Shown in pieces: positions 14,501 through 26,951 of a stretch of DNA of 64,000 nucleotides; within the stretch, counting starts at the first letter, position 1; every line of letters begins with the position of its first letter. The position numbers and the translations under genes were made by a program. The stretch spans positions 6,644,729 through 6,708,728 of the forward strand of contig OZ037770.1 in the NCBI GenBank assembly GCA_964035545.1, in the 5' to 3' direction. This DNA is from Bugula neritina. Taxonomy: Eukaryota; Animalia; Bryozoa. The notes below the pieces were generated by a model. The model did no database searches and had not been told where the DNA came from. It was given only the letters and a program-made list of their open reading frames with translations.

Positions 14501-15342
14501 ACTTCAGAAAGTGTACTGACAGGATCGAAGAACTTGCCACATATGTTGTGGAGACGCCCACACCTGAAAGAACACCGGAAATAAAGTATGTAAGTTATAT
14601 TATACTGTAATGAAAACATTGATTGTATGAACCATACTATGATTAACCCAAAACTGCTATTACTTGCTAAAACTACCTGCTAGCATTTGCTACTATCTTG
14701 TATACTTGTGCTTTTTTGCACCTGTTATTACTTGCTAGTACCTGCTAGTATTCCAAACAAACATATTGCATGCCACTGCTTTGTAGCTAAAGACAGAAGT
14801 GACAGTCCAAGTATCAGGCAGATTCCTCCAAATATCTGGGTCATTCTACATCCTGCTTTTTTAACAAGAATAGATGCCACAGGTGCTGCAAATTAAATCA
14901 TACATAATTCATAAGTATAGCATAATGATTGCATGTGTCAAATATACAAACATTCACACAATTCTTTCTATGAGTAAAATGAGAATTTGTTTTACACAAA
15001 CCAAAACATTACAAGGACTCACTAAAACAAGAGAAACTATTAATAGCAGTTATGCTTGGGCACATAGTATAATCTCTGTGGTTGTTGGCAGCTCTTTGCA
15101 AAAAGAACTACTACGAATATCTTACCAAACAGAAACACAGTAGTAGTGTGTATGTTTCCTATCAAACTGCTTTGCTGTAAACCAATATTGAAGAACTGAG
15201 AATGTATTGTGGTGAGGTTACCAATCACACCGAAAGTAAATCCAATGCTGACAAAGTGTGACAGAAAAGATAGCACCATGATGAGCCAGGCATATCCCTT
15301 GTCTTTTTGCACCTTTGATTCACATAACAAATAGCACGTCAT
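9058..15342 (-). CDS. SLC16/monocarboxylate-transporter-like MFS permease, paralogue B (complete, 9 exons, 469 aa)
   Basis: Exons 15342-15126, 14885-14742, 14563-14303, 13547-13450, 12750-12619, 11751-11619, 10462-10329, 10241-10073, 9179-9058 total 1410 nt and end ...VRRVRGSKK*. TM1 motif DKGYAW. Six exons have the same length as in paralogue A (217, 144, 98, 133, 134, 169 nt) and all intron phases match. Confidence 0.9.
9272..9451. repeat. 22-bp minisatellite (CAACAGCATGTGAGCTTAGCTA), ~8 copies, last intron of MCT paralogue B
   Basis: Read directly from the sequence. Confidence 0.95.
10963..11530 (+). repeat. ~390-bp unit present as ~1.5 tandem copies; related inverted copy at ~33472-33703
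   Basis: GACTCCTA(A/G)GTGACC(A/C)CTAGAGTCACTTGA at 10963 and 11353; AAACAGCTGCT(G/T)TACACAG at ~11230 and ~11500; followed by (CA)n(TA)n. Confidence 0.75.
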
Positions 15343-16494
15343 CTTGCCAGTGCTAGTCTTCAGGCTGATCTGCAAAGATACATATCGTCATAAGTACTAA
15401 TCAAGTGCCACCAATAAAGATAAGTGGCAGGTTTAGCAGAACAAAATTATGGGCTTTAGAGAGATTTTTTACTAGTCGGAATATAAAATTCTCTCATTAT
15501 CGTTGCTTTAGAGGTTCAGTAGCTACATCATTTACCTGTGCTGTAATATGTGCTTTAGAGTTCTAAGGCTAGCCTTTTAGCCTGTGCTACACATGCGAGG
15601 TGGAATGATATAACACAAGGTGTGAGTGTAGTCAAATTACTAATCTCTGCTGTTTAACATAAGTTACCTAATGCTGCATATTTGTTGTTGATAAGAAAAA
15701 TATGCATATTTGCAAATACCTTAATGTAATATTTTGAGTGTTCATTATAGCAGTGCTTGTTGAAAATACAGTTACTTATAAACTATTACGTATATATCTT
15801 AGTAAACATTAGCAATATCTATTACCTAAGACTGCTTAATACAAGCATATGACTACAAAGTGCACCAAACATGCAAAGAAGGTAGTGTAAAGCTGATTTC
15901 AAGTTGGTTTAAATTGAACATCTGAGTTGTTTCAGAACTTCAAAATAGCAAACACATATCATAATCTGATCATAACTTACTTGTTTTAATTTTGCAAAAC
16001 CTATTCAAAATTCTAGATAGCTTAAAATTAATTAGCTTTAGACCCTTTTAGAAAGTACTCAGATAGATTTGTTTAATCATATTATTTTGCTGCTCTTTAT
16101 TGAAAATAACCTAATTTTTGTGCTAAGAGCTCAAATTTACTTAGCTTAGGACATTAATATTCACAATGATTGGCAGTGATTACCTATAATAGTTTAAAAT
16201 ATTATGTTAAAATGTATTTATATTCCTAATAAATCAGTTTGTCACCAAAACTGCATATCTAAAACTAGACCACGGCTGCCTGGCATCAGGTAACTATGAT
16301 GTGCTGCAAGGTGAGCATTGTAAGATACAAACATTTTGAATTTAATAAATGGTAATTTGTGAAATCACTCATTTATAGACAAAAGTTGAATTTCAGTCAA
16401 AAAATTCTTCATATCATTTTCGATACAGTTTCACAAAAATTTAGTTGCAGCTGACTTTTCAGTGTTTGAGAAATGTGGCTTGGCAGCATAATAC

Positions 16495-17151
16495 ACAGTG
16501 ACAGTGTGACAGCATGAGAGTAAGCATAGTGACAGTGTGGCACTGTGACATAGTGACAGTGTGACATAGTGACAGTGTGACATAGTGACAGTGTGACATA
16601 GTGACAGAGTGATGTAGTGACAGTGTGACGTAGTGACAGTGTGACGTAGTGACAGTGTGACATAGTGACAGTGTGACGTAGTGACAGTGTGACATAGTGA
16701 CAGTGTGACATAGTGACAGAGTGATGTAGTGACAGTGTGACAGAGTGATGTAGTGACAGTGTGACGTAGTGGCAGTGTGACATAGTGACAGTGTGACATA
16801 GTGACAGTGTGACATAGTGACAGTGTGACATAGTGACAGAGTGATGTAGTGACAGTGTGACAGAGTGATGTAGTGACAGTGTGACGTAGTGGCAGTGTGA
16901 CATAGTGACAGTGTGACATAGTGACAGTGTGACATAGTGACAGTGTGACATAGTGACAGTGTGACATAGTGACAGAGTGACAGAGTGATGTAGTGACAGA
17001 GTGATGTAGTGACAGTGTGACATAGTGACAGTGTGACATAGTGACAGTGTGACGTAGTGACAGTGTGACAGAGTGATGTAGTGACAGTGTGACATAGTGA
17101 CAGTGTGACATAGTGACAGTGTGACGTAGTGACAGTGTGACTAGTGACAGC
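16495..17151. repeat. Minisatellite built of 8-bp subunits (16-bp unit GTGACAGTGTGACATA) with a 120-bp higher-order duplication
   Basis: 16681-16800 is identical to 16801-16920. The overlapping Cys/His-rich ORFs in the track are repeat artefacts. Confidence 0.95.
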
Positions 17152-18704
17152 ATATTATAATATTTGTAAGAGCTACATCAACATACTACTCTATTCCTGT
17201 TATCATTGCAGTTATAGCAAAAAATAATTGATTTTTGAAAATAGCAATCAGCTTAGAGAGAGGTCTCCTTTACGCTAAGTTTTTCATGAAAAAGCAAAAT
17301 CAAATCTAAAAATGCATGAAATCTATCAAAAATGTTTTAAATTTTATACAAAATTAAAAACTATGAACATATTATTGTTATAGTTGGAAAGACTTCAGTT
17401 TTAAACTAGCTGTTAGTAGTAAATTTCTTATGCAAGTCTCAGGTGGTCTCGGTTTGATACAAATATTTGTCCTTTGAGCTATTTGCATCCACTAATTAGT
17501 CACAAAAATTTACTGTTCAAGGGGATACAGATGTGCCAACACTTGTATAAATCTTGATAATAGTCTATCAAACATCATCAGATACGATACCATAATTCTA
17601 GTTTAAATACATCTCATAGAACAGTCAAATGTCTCTTGTTTTTAAAAAGAGATTTAGTCCTGTGCCTATAACAATTAGACATAAATAAAATTCACTATTT
17701 CTTGATAAACAGGTTAAATTTGTCTTTTAAACTGACTCACAGAGTTAAACTTCATTCAAATACAAATGAAGAGCAAAGAGGAGTATCTTTAGCTACCGTC
17801 AGTTTAGCAGCTACTACTCTTCCTCCTACATACTGCAGCCATAACTGAACATTTGGTTTAAGGTAAAATTGGCTTGTTTCAAAAACTACAAGCATTTTTA
17901 AAATTTAGATATCATATAGTTCATAGGTTTTAGCAAAACAATTTTTTACTACTTGAGATCAGGTTGAGCTGTTGGCTATACTTCTGCTTCTTGGTAGACA
18001 CTAAACTATCGCCTTCTTCCCCAGATACTCCAACACTGGCTACTGCCCACCTTTCACCTTCTTCCTCAGATACTCCAACACTAACTACTGCCCACCTTAT
18101 CACACCATTCATTTAACTTTCTATCACAAGTTTCTTCATTTCACAACTTATATTTACTTCAATGCCGTGGAGACTTTAATTAGCCTAATATTATGTAACA
18201 GCACATTCCCTACTGCTGAGTTTGTTTTGTTACACAGCAGGCTACTTGCTTTCTATAACTCTGAATGACCAGCTGTTTGCTGGCTTTGTGTGATTAAAAT
18301 TTTACCACATTTATAGTGTTTTTTGTAGATAATTTTTTTCTTTGACCAAGGCAAATTTTAAAAACCTGAGGAAGAAAAATAGACCGATTTCTTGAAGTAA
18401 CATAGAATTTAGGGTGTCACACATTCACAGGGATTTAAAGTTTCAAACAATAAGGATATAAGTGCTGTATACTGTATAGTCTACTGTAATTATTACTCAA
18501 TGGAATTTTAACCATCAGTTACGTAACTAGTAATAATACAGAGCTAGAATGCTCAAATTGTAACATAATATTGTTATATATGAATTGAAAGAGCAAGATT
18601 ATTGGGAGTTGTTAAGTTATCATCCGCCTCTGACAAGTTTTGAGTCAGAAGCATGGTACTTGCAGATTTATCTATAACAATTCCGGAATATTATTGTGGC
18701 CTAA

Positions 18705-21700
18705 TAGTCTGGCAGAAAAACACCAATTTTTGACTTAGGTTCGCAACCCCGGATAAAGTTTTTTTCTTTTCTGATTATTCAAATATAGGGTCTAGGTAAG
18801 TGTTTCCAGGTGGGTGTGGACTTCTTACCCTTGAGCATTTCGAGAAATTCAAGATGGCCGCCAGGCACCAGACGATTCTTTATAATTCAAATGTATCTAC
18901 CCACTGAGGCTAAATTTAAGGCTTCAATGCTTTGAAATCTTTAGAAATTGATATAATAAAGATGCATGTACCTTTATCATGTGTTTTATTGAGTAATAGG
19001 CAAATGATACCCAAGGGTAACTAAGCTAAGCCTTAATCATTCACTTTTTTTTAAGTTTAACTTAGCCTTAATGCCGTGTTTATAATTTCCTTGCATATCT
19101 GCATATCAGTTTGTTCTAAATTCATGATAATTTACTATATGGGGTGATACTATATGCTGATTACAAATATGTCCAACAAATAAAGCTGAAAGGGGTTCTG
19201 CAAAATTGAAATGCAACGTCTTTGCCATATGAGCTAAATAGCAATTTATTTCAAACTAGCATGCCTATCAAAAAAGTTTGTTGAGCTGCCAACTTAATAG
19301 TTATTTTCTGTTTTAAAGTTTTAGCTATGTTTTTTAAAGTTAGAAAAAAAGGTGAACAACTTTGATAACACAACACCATGGCTTCTTAAAATAGCTTAAT
19401 TGCTTTATTATGGACACATCGTTTATCTAAATATTGACTTTTTGCTTTCGAAAACTACTTTTACAATCGGCACATTTGAATTTTTCTTTAAAAACATTTG
19501 TAAACAGTTTTTTTTTATGAATGAGAATCTATTTCATGCTGGGGGAAGTAATACATTCATTGGAACAGTGGCTCCCTACCTTTTTCATACCAATCTCCTT
19601 TCATAAATGTTTACTATTAATTTCTCCCTTTTAATGACCTATGTTGGGTGCACTGGAACATTAATGATTGAAACTGATTTGGTAAAAGTAGTTAATTCTA
19701 CTTTTTGTTGGTTTCCTCAAAATGCTAAATGAAAAAAGTTTTCCAGAATGTACGAGGCCTGAGAATATTGGTGGGAGAGCTGTTGAAGTCAGTCTTTGAT
19801 AAGAGTGTAATCACTAGCATGGAGGACCTTGACAAGATGTTGACTAAAATTTCAGAGAGCTGAAGAACAGCAAAAACCGTGGGTCATGTGCTTTATTAGA
19901 CCAATTTTTTCCATCAACACCCACATCATGGCTGATAGAGAAGGAGACTGGGCCTTACAACTAGCAATGGAAAAGGAAATGTACTTATATCTGTGTAGCA
20001 TGAAGGTCATACCACAAGATGTAAGGATTGAATTCGTGGCTGGTAACCACACAATGCATCATAAACGCAGCCAGATCGACGGCATCTGGTCAGACATTAT
20101 GATTGAGGTGATTTCCGTGAGATTTGGTCACCGCAAGGGAAAATCATTGGCATCACCATTAAAACTGAAATTTTCAAGGTGTGGGTGTACAGCAATTCTG
20201 CATGCAACAAAATACAGTAAGGCTTCAATGACATCAGAGATGAGTCTGAAATAAATGCTTCCACTACTCATAAGGATGAGATGCAATCAAGAGTCCAATG
20301 TGATTCAAAGGACAGGGAGTCTGTTGAAAGGAAGATTGAACTCTGCAATGACCCACTCAAAAAAGGGTGCACAAGAAGTTAAGAAAATGTCCACCAAGCT
20401 GGAGGTTCTGTTATACAAGATGGCAATAAAAACTACACTGATGTATGGATATCAGACATGGCCACTGACTCAAAGACAAGAAGACAAGATAAGTGCAACT
20501 AAGATGAGGATGCTTTGTCACATTTACAATATAGAGTAGGAAGACTAATTAACAAATGATAATATAAGGAGGAAGCCAAAATAAAAGCCATCACAATAGG
20601 CATGAGGAGGAGACCTCTTCAATGGTATGGACATGTGCGCCGAAGAGATAGGGATGAAGATATTATAATGGTGGCTGAGATGAAGATACAGAGAAAGAGA
20701 GGGAGGCCCAAGAAAAGGTTAATGAATACAGTGAAGGATGTCATACTGAAATGTGGCCTCTCAGATGAAGACGACAGAATCAGATGACACTCTCTGATAG
20801 CACTTGGTGCCCTGCAAAACCGCCACCCATCTTAGACCACAGCGTACTAGGTGAGAAAGTCCAAGACAAATTCCTATAATAGACAATTTGCTGCTGTCCC
20901 ATGGCCTCTCAGGGTGTGATGTAGTGGCAACAATGTAAAATATTGGAAAGGGAGTCATACTAATTGTCTTGGTAGAAAGAAAGTGTGATTTGGTGACACT
21001 AGGACTTTTTTCAGGATGACTATTCATACAAGCTACCAGGTTTATGCTATGTTTCTACGCTTATGCAAAGTGTTCCTCCATGACATCTACAAAACAAAAG
21101 GCTTAGAAAACCAAGGTCAGCAATGCTATTTGCGATGTGCCTTTAGCTTATGTACTTTGCCTGCTACAGATGAAGCTATTGGACAATGTCACCAGAGCAC
21201 ACCTCCAGGTAGCCATATGAAACTGCGGCATTAAGCCCACTAAAACATTGACGATTTTTTACAATTTAGCTACTCGTGTATATAGATGTTAGCCTCAAAC
21301 TATTGAAATTTTAGCAAATAAAACTGAATATTTAAGGCTTTTTCAATTATGCATGATTTTCTATGCTTTTTCCTAATTTATTAGTACATTGAGATATATT
21401 ATATGAACCATGATGGTTCACAAATATATATTTAGCTCCTATGACATGACGTTGCGCTTAAATGTTGCAGGACCTCTTCCCAGTGTTTTTGCTATGCATA
21501 GTTAGAATCAGCAAATTCTATTACTCTATAATAGTAAGTTTTCATGAATTTTGAGTAAACTTAAAAATTTTTGATCATAATCTGTTGATGTGTGCTAAAT
21601 AAATTAAAATGGCCCAAATTCATTAAATGCTCCTGTGGAAGCTAACAATCATGCAAACCAACGGGATATGGTTGTTCTAGTACATCTATCCCATGCACAG

Positions 21701-22320
21701 AGTTCTGTTCTTGTGAAGCAGTAACAGGAGTGTGCTGCAATGAACTAATATGTCTAACAAATGCTAATGATAGAAAAAAATGAGAAAGGTGTTTAATATG
21801 AACATGAGCGAAAGTTTGTCGCATCTATTTGATTATATATATGTTCCATTTTAATTTTAGCTGAGCAATATGCCTCTATCTTTTTCACTTTTTATTCACT
21901 GAAAATAAGCAATGTTTTTCTTTATATATCTGTCCTAACAATTATTCAAAACCCTTGTATCATTTCTCTGCACCATATGTGATGTTTTATTGAAGCAATT
22001 CCGATTTTTGAACTGCGCAACATGTCTCTTGGCTCTTTACTTTGGTTTTATTTGCACTGGCATGGCAAATATTCATTCCAAAAATGCACATCTATTTGAA
22101 TCATCAAAAAAATTTTGTGTTTGCAACATAATATAGACTTTATGCCTACTAGAATACGATTTTTTCATAAGTGGCGGCCATATTGGATTTCTCGAAATGC
22201 TCAAGGGTGGCAGGTCCACACCCACCTGGAAACAGTTACTTGAACCCTCAAGATAAATAATCAAAAGAGAAAAAAACTTTATCCGAGATTGCGAACCTAA
22301 CCCCCAGTTCTGCCAGACTA
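18705..22320 (+). mobile_element. Decayed Academ-like DNA transposon (transposase, XPG/PIN-like nuclease and Cys-rich remnants)
   Basis: ~155-bp imperfect TIRs (TAGTCTGGCAGAA...TTCTGCCAGACTA) and a 3-bp TAA duplication (18702-18704, 22321-22323). Frameshifted remnants on +: LMTYVGCTGTLM...QNVRGLRILVGELL (~19630-19790), ADREGDWALQL...GNHTMHH...GIWSDIMIE (~19930-20130), HGLSGCDVVA (~20900), LPATDEA (~21160), IKCSCG...PCTEFCSCE...CCN (~21620-21745). Confidence 0.8.
20370..20830 (+). mobile_element. 5'-truncated RTE-clade LINE (3' end of the RT ORF) nested in the Academ-like element
   Basis: LYKMAIKTTLMYGYQTWPLT...MRML...RRRPLQWYGHVRRR...KRGRPKKR matches the typical RTE C-terminus; stops and a frameshift are present. 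Confidence 0.85.
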
Positions 22321-23140
22321 TAAGTAAATATTTTTCGTTGAAGTATTTTATAATAAATATTTTATAGTTCCAATATAATTATCATGTAATGGGGACTCTA
22401 CATATTGTAAAAACTTCATGGGAGAAGGTAAGTGAGATTTTAGTAATAAATTGAAGCTTTAGGCCCTCATAACTGTGTAAATCTTTAAAACTCTTATTCT
22501 AGTCTTAAATCCTAATTCATTTCTTAGCTTTAGCTCTTACTGCAGCAACCTATTTGGTCAACCCCAAGAGCTTATGCACTGCTAAAATCACTAAGAAAAG
22601 GCATCTCTGAATAAACATAAACTTGTCTCAACTTTCAAAACATCAACTTTCCTCAATCTTAGGTTAAGAGAAATATTTATTCTACACCTGCAATAGAGCA
22701 GCTGTACATAAAGCTTTGCATAGAGCTATAAGAGACTCTGGATGATAGAAAGGAAACAAATTAAGCTGACTACTGGTAGTTGTCTGTCATTGGGGTTCTG
22801 CGTCACCATAGCAACTTTTCAACTTCTGCCAAGTCATCAGCAGCTTCTTAATATCATAGTAGCTAAGCTCCACAAAGTCAGGGCATGTAATAAAACTAGT
22901 TGCTATATCGTCAACACTGTTATATTTTCAAAGTTATATTATTATTTGTAACACGATCTTATACTTTTTAGCCATATTCTGTAAACTATATAATATCATT
23001 CTTGTTATAAATTTATATTTTTTTTGTTTTCAGATGCTCACAAAATTGCAAAAAATAGCAAAATTTAGTTCAACAAGAAGTACAGTCACTTGAAAGCTTT
23101 AATCACAAACAATGAACAATGATAAGGAAAAGAAATCAAT

Positions 23141-23632
23141 AGCACTGTACGACAGCACTGTACGACAGCACTGTACGACAGCACTGTACGACAGCACTGT
23201 ACGACAGCACTGTACGACAGCACTGTACGACAGCACTGTACGACAGCACTGTACGACAGCACTGTACGACAGCACTGTACGACAGCACTGTACGACAGCA
23301 CTGTACGACAGCACTGTACGACAGCACTGTACGACAGCACTGTACGACAGCACTGTACGACAGCACTGTACGACAGCACTGTACGACAGCACTGTACGAC
23401 AGCACTGTACGACAGCACTGTACGACAGCACTGTACGACAGCACTGTACGACAGCACTGTACGACAGCACTGTACGACAGCACTGTACGACAGCACTGTA
23501 CGACAGCACTGTACGACAGCACTGTACGACAGCACTGTACGACAGCACTGTACGACAGCACTGTACGACAGCACTGTACGACAGCACTGTACGACAGCAC
23601 AGTACGACAGCACTGTACAACAGCACTGTACA
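23141..23632. repeat. Near-perfect 13-bp minisatellite (AGCACTGTACGAC), ~37 copies
   Basis: Read directly; variants occur only in the last few units. Confidence 0.97.
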
Positions 23633-23647
23633 ATCTCAGTGCTATTC

Positions 23648-26142
23648 TTACAGGGAAGACTTGAGCTGTTCTCTCTGTAATCTTTTGACTGGAAGTTTCC
23701 TTCGTTTTCTCTTTGCCTGGTTCCATGCTTTAAGCCAACCATGTTTACTAAAAGAAGGAGTCTTCCTTTTACCAGTTCTCTAAAATACAAAGTATAAAAT
23801 GGATGCATTTCATATTCTACAAATTTTTCAGATTGAAATTCGCATACGTCGAGAGCAAAGTTTTTTTACTGTTGCTGCTAGTATTTATTCTATTGATGTG
23901 CTTTGTTTTATATACCTTTTCAAACGGTTTCTATTTACTTTATTACTTTGGCCTTTAATTACTATAAAGATTTCAGTATTCTTGTCCCTAATGACTTGAA
24001 ATGTTACAAGTTAAAACTCAAAGCTAGTTTAGCAAAATAAAACTAATAACTTATACTACTTGGCTTATGCTTCGAATTTCAGATGAAAAACTGCACTGTA
24101 TAATACTGTTTAACTAGTTAAACTCTCCATACTCTAAGAAGATTGAGTTTGCTTTTTTAAATTGAAAATTTGATTTTTATAAGACAAATTGCATGTGTGT
24201 AAAACCATGTAGCTGTATTGAATTTCTCCCAAATACCTTTTTCCTAGTTTCAACTTCTTTGAACTCCTTAGGAGTTGTCTGATAGGAAAGTACCGTCTCA
24301 CTGGTAGGAGTTGTTCCACCACCAGATAAAGCTGCACCAGTAGAGGGAGCTGCATCACTAGGGGGAGCTGCACCACTAAGGGGAGCTGCACCACCAGGGG
24401 GAGCTGCACCACTAGAGGGAGCTGCATCAGAAGCGGGAGCTGTCTGGTCTAGAGAAGTTGCTTTACTTGAAGCAGCTGTCTCACTTGGAGGAACATCCAT
24501 GGCGGTATCTCTGGTCTGGGAATCACTTTCATCATCACATGGGTCGTGCAAGTTTAAAACTCTTGCAATTTCGTTTTGCAATCTTTCCCAGATAGCTTGA
24601 GGGAGTTCATAATATCTTTTAGGTCTAGTATTCAAAAGCTGGAAGTATATAAAGATTTTTAATGCACAATGTCACAGCATGGTGAAATAATATGCTCTTT
24701 TTTAGTTCATTTCAAAGATTAGTGTCAACATTAGCCACCTGGTGCCCTGAACACAGGTAGACATGGAAGACTTACATGGTCAGAGACAACAAACTATATT
24801 CTAAACACACCATCAACTTATCTCTGGAGACAGTAGACCTGATTGCTCTCTAAACACACCATCAACTTATCTCTGGATACAGTAGAACTGATAGCTCTCT
24901 AAACACACCATCAACTTATCTCTGGAGACAGTAGACCTGATTGCTCTCTAAACACACCATCAACTTATCTCTGGATACAGTAGAACTGATAGCTCTCTAA
25001 ACACACCATCAACTTATCTCTGGAGACAGTAGACCTGATTGCTCTCTAAACACACCACCAACTTATCTCTGGAGACAGTAGACCTGATTGCTCTCTAAAC
25101 ACACAATCAACTTATCTCTGGAGACAGCCAAACTGATAGCTCTCTAAACACACCATCAACTTATCTCTGGAGACAGTAGACTTGATTGCTCTCTAAACAC
25201 ACAATCAACTTATCTCTGGAGACAGTAGACCTGATTGCTCTCTAAACACACCATCAACTTATGTCTAGAGACAGTAGACCTGATTGCTCTCTAAACACAC
25301 CATCAACTTATCTCTGGAGACAGTAGACTTAATAGCTCTCTAAACACACCATCAACTTATCTCTGGAGACAGCCAAACCTGATTGCTCTCTAAACACACC
25401 ATCAACTTATGTCTAGAGACAGTAGACCTGATTGCTCTCTAAACACACCATCAACTTATCTCTGGAAACAGTAGACCTGATTGCTCTCTAAACACACAAT
25501 CAACTTATCTCTGGAGACAGTAGACCTGATTGCTCTCTAAACACACAATCAACTTATCTCTAGAGACAGTAGACCTGATTGCTCTCTAAACACACAATCA
25601 ACTTATCTCTGGAGACAGCCAAACTGATAGCTCTCTAAACACACCATCAACTTATCTCTAGAGACAGCCAAACTGATTGCTCTCTAAACACACAATCAAC
25701 TTATCTGTGGAGAAAGTAGACCTGATTGCTCTCTAAACACACAATCAACTTACGTCTGGAGACAGTAAAAGCGATTCCTTTATCATTCTTGAAAGCGTAC
25801 TTGGAGGCGGCTGCATTTTTTTTCTCTTTTCTATCTCACGGACCTTTTCCTGCAAATCCTCAGAGTTCAGTCTTCCAATATACTAAAAGTAAAAGTGTTT
25901 AGAAATAAGCCTTGCATTCTTCTGTATTCTTTTGCATGATCTATTTTTATATAAGAAACTTGCAAATTTGAAACAGCGTTACTGCAGATCTGAAATAGCA
26001 TCACTGACCCTCAGTCTAAACTCTAAAGAATGATCAACATTTAGCTAAATAAAGCTCTTACTCTTCCACCAATGAGGTCAGCTATAAGGGTGACGATTTT
26101 AGGGTCTGCCCGTAAAGGTATGTTGGAGGTGTTCTTCTGCAT
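23648..26142 (-). CDS. Putative 4-exon gene with no recognisable domain (~247 aa; Ala/Pro/Ser-rich repeats, basic C-terminus)
   Basis: Phase-0 GT-AG exons 26142-26062 (MQKNTSN...IGGR), 25882-25754 (YIGRLNSE...LLSPD), 24638-24237 (LLNTRPKR...ETRKK) and 23779-23648 (RTGKRK...KSSL*) join into one open frame. The 5' end is uncertain: an in-frame TAG lies just upstream of the ATG. Confidence 0.55.
24345..24442 (-). repeat. 18-bp coding tandem repeat encoding (S/G)(D/G)AAP(P/S/L) hexapeptides
   Basis: GGGAGCTGCACCACTA.. units on + lie within exon 24638-24237. Confidence 0.85.
24801..25769. repeat. 49-bp intronic minisatellite (~20 copies) derived from an exon/intron junction
   Basis: Unit AAACACACCATCAACTTATCTCTGGAGACAGTAGACCTGATTGCTCTCT; the terminal unit overlaps the splice donor at 25753. 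Confidence 0.95.
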
Positions 26143-26951
26143 TGTGATAGTAAACTAACCAGAAATTGGCACTGGGTGTCTGTATGGTAACAGTCTCAAT
26201 CTGAGTTCACTGTCTTTCTCTGCAAAATTATAATATACCCCCATGGAAACATAAGTATGAAATGAAACTGCATTGTAATAGTAAGCATAGCTGATTGAAT
26301 GCCTATTGTCTTACTGTCTTGCTAAGACGCTATGTTCCTCTTAAGATAGTAAGAATTTTGTGTATATGGAAACAATATCTAAACATATGCCAATAAGAAG
26401 GCACGTGTACAGCAAAAGTATTTTAGGAAATTAAATGTTACCCTAAAACTTTTCCAATTCTAAGTTGATATTTATAACACACTACTGTTCTTTATATTTT
26501 TAAGCAAGCATTTGTCAACAAAGTATTGTTTATTCAGAGCCTTTACACTTTGTTGTAGAATGAGTTTTGAGTATACAAACATGTTATTAAAGATATATCT
26601 TTTTAGCGGTACATAAAAACAGAAAACTTTCATAAGACACAGACCAAGTTTCAGCTGCACAGCATTTCCAGCAGTTAGCTGGAGCAATGCATGACTCAGT
26701 GAGGAAAGAAATTGACAAAGAAGGCTTAAATAAATACAGTACAGTACAGTTCCACTAAATTATGTGTTATAGTGTTGGTTACAACCTCTCAATAGGTAAA
26801 GTTGATTTCAACTGCAACTTTATAGCAGCATAAACTTATTGGATTTTATTCTACATCAACCCCTCACAAGTAGTCATGAGTTGTTGGATTGCCACCTTAA
26901 GTTTACTTTTTAAAACGCAGTTATTAGTTGTAATTTTGTGAAAGTTTGAGA

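Noticed and set aside
16409-17153. Long Cys/His-rich ORFs resembling metal-binding proteins
   Set aside because: Open in all three minus frames only because the 16-bp repeat lacks stops; no splice or start context.
23086-23808. 175-240 aa ORFs with VVQCCRTVLSYSA repeats
   Set aside because: Translations of the 13-bp minisatellite; the plausible exon here stops at 23648, before the array.
24801-25769. Regular array resembling CRISPR (also 9272-9451, 33888-34042, 57701-57857)
   Set aside because: Units are contiguous with no unique spacers, there are no cas genes and the context is eukaryotic and intron-rich.
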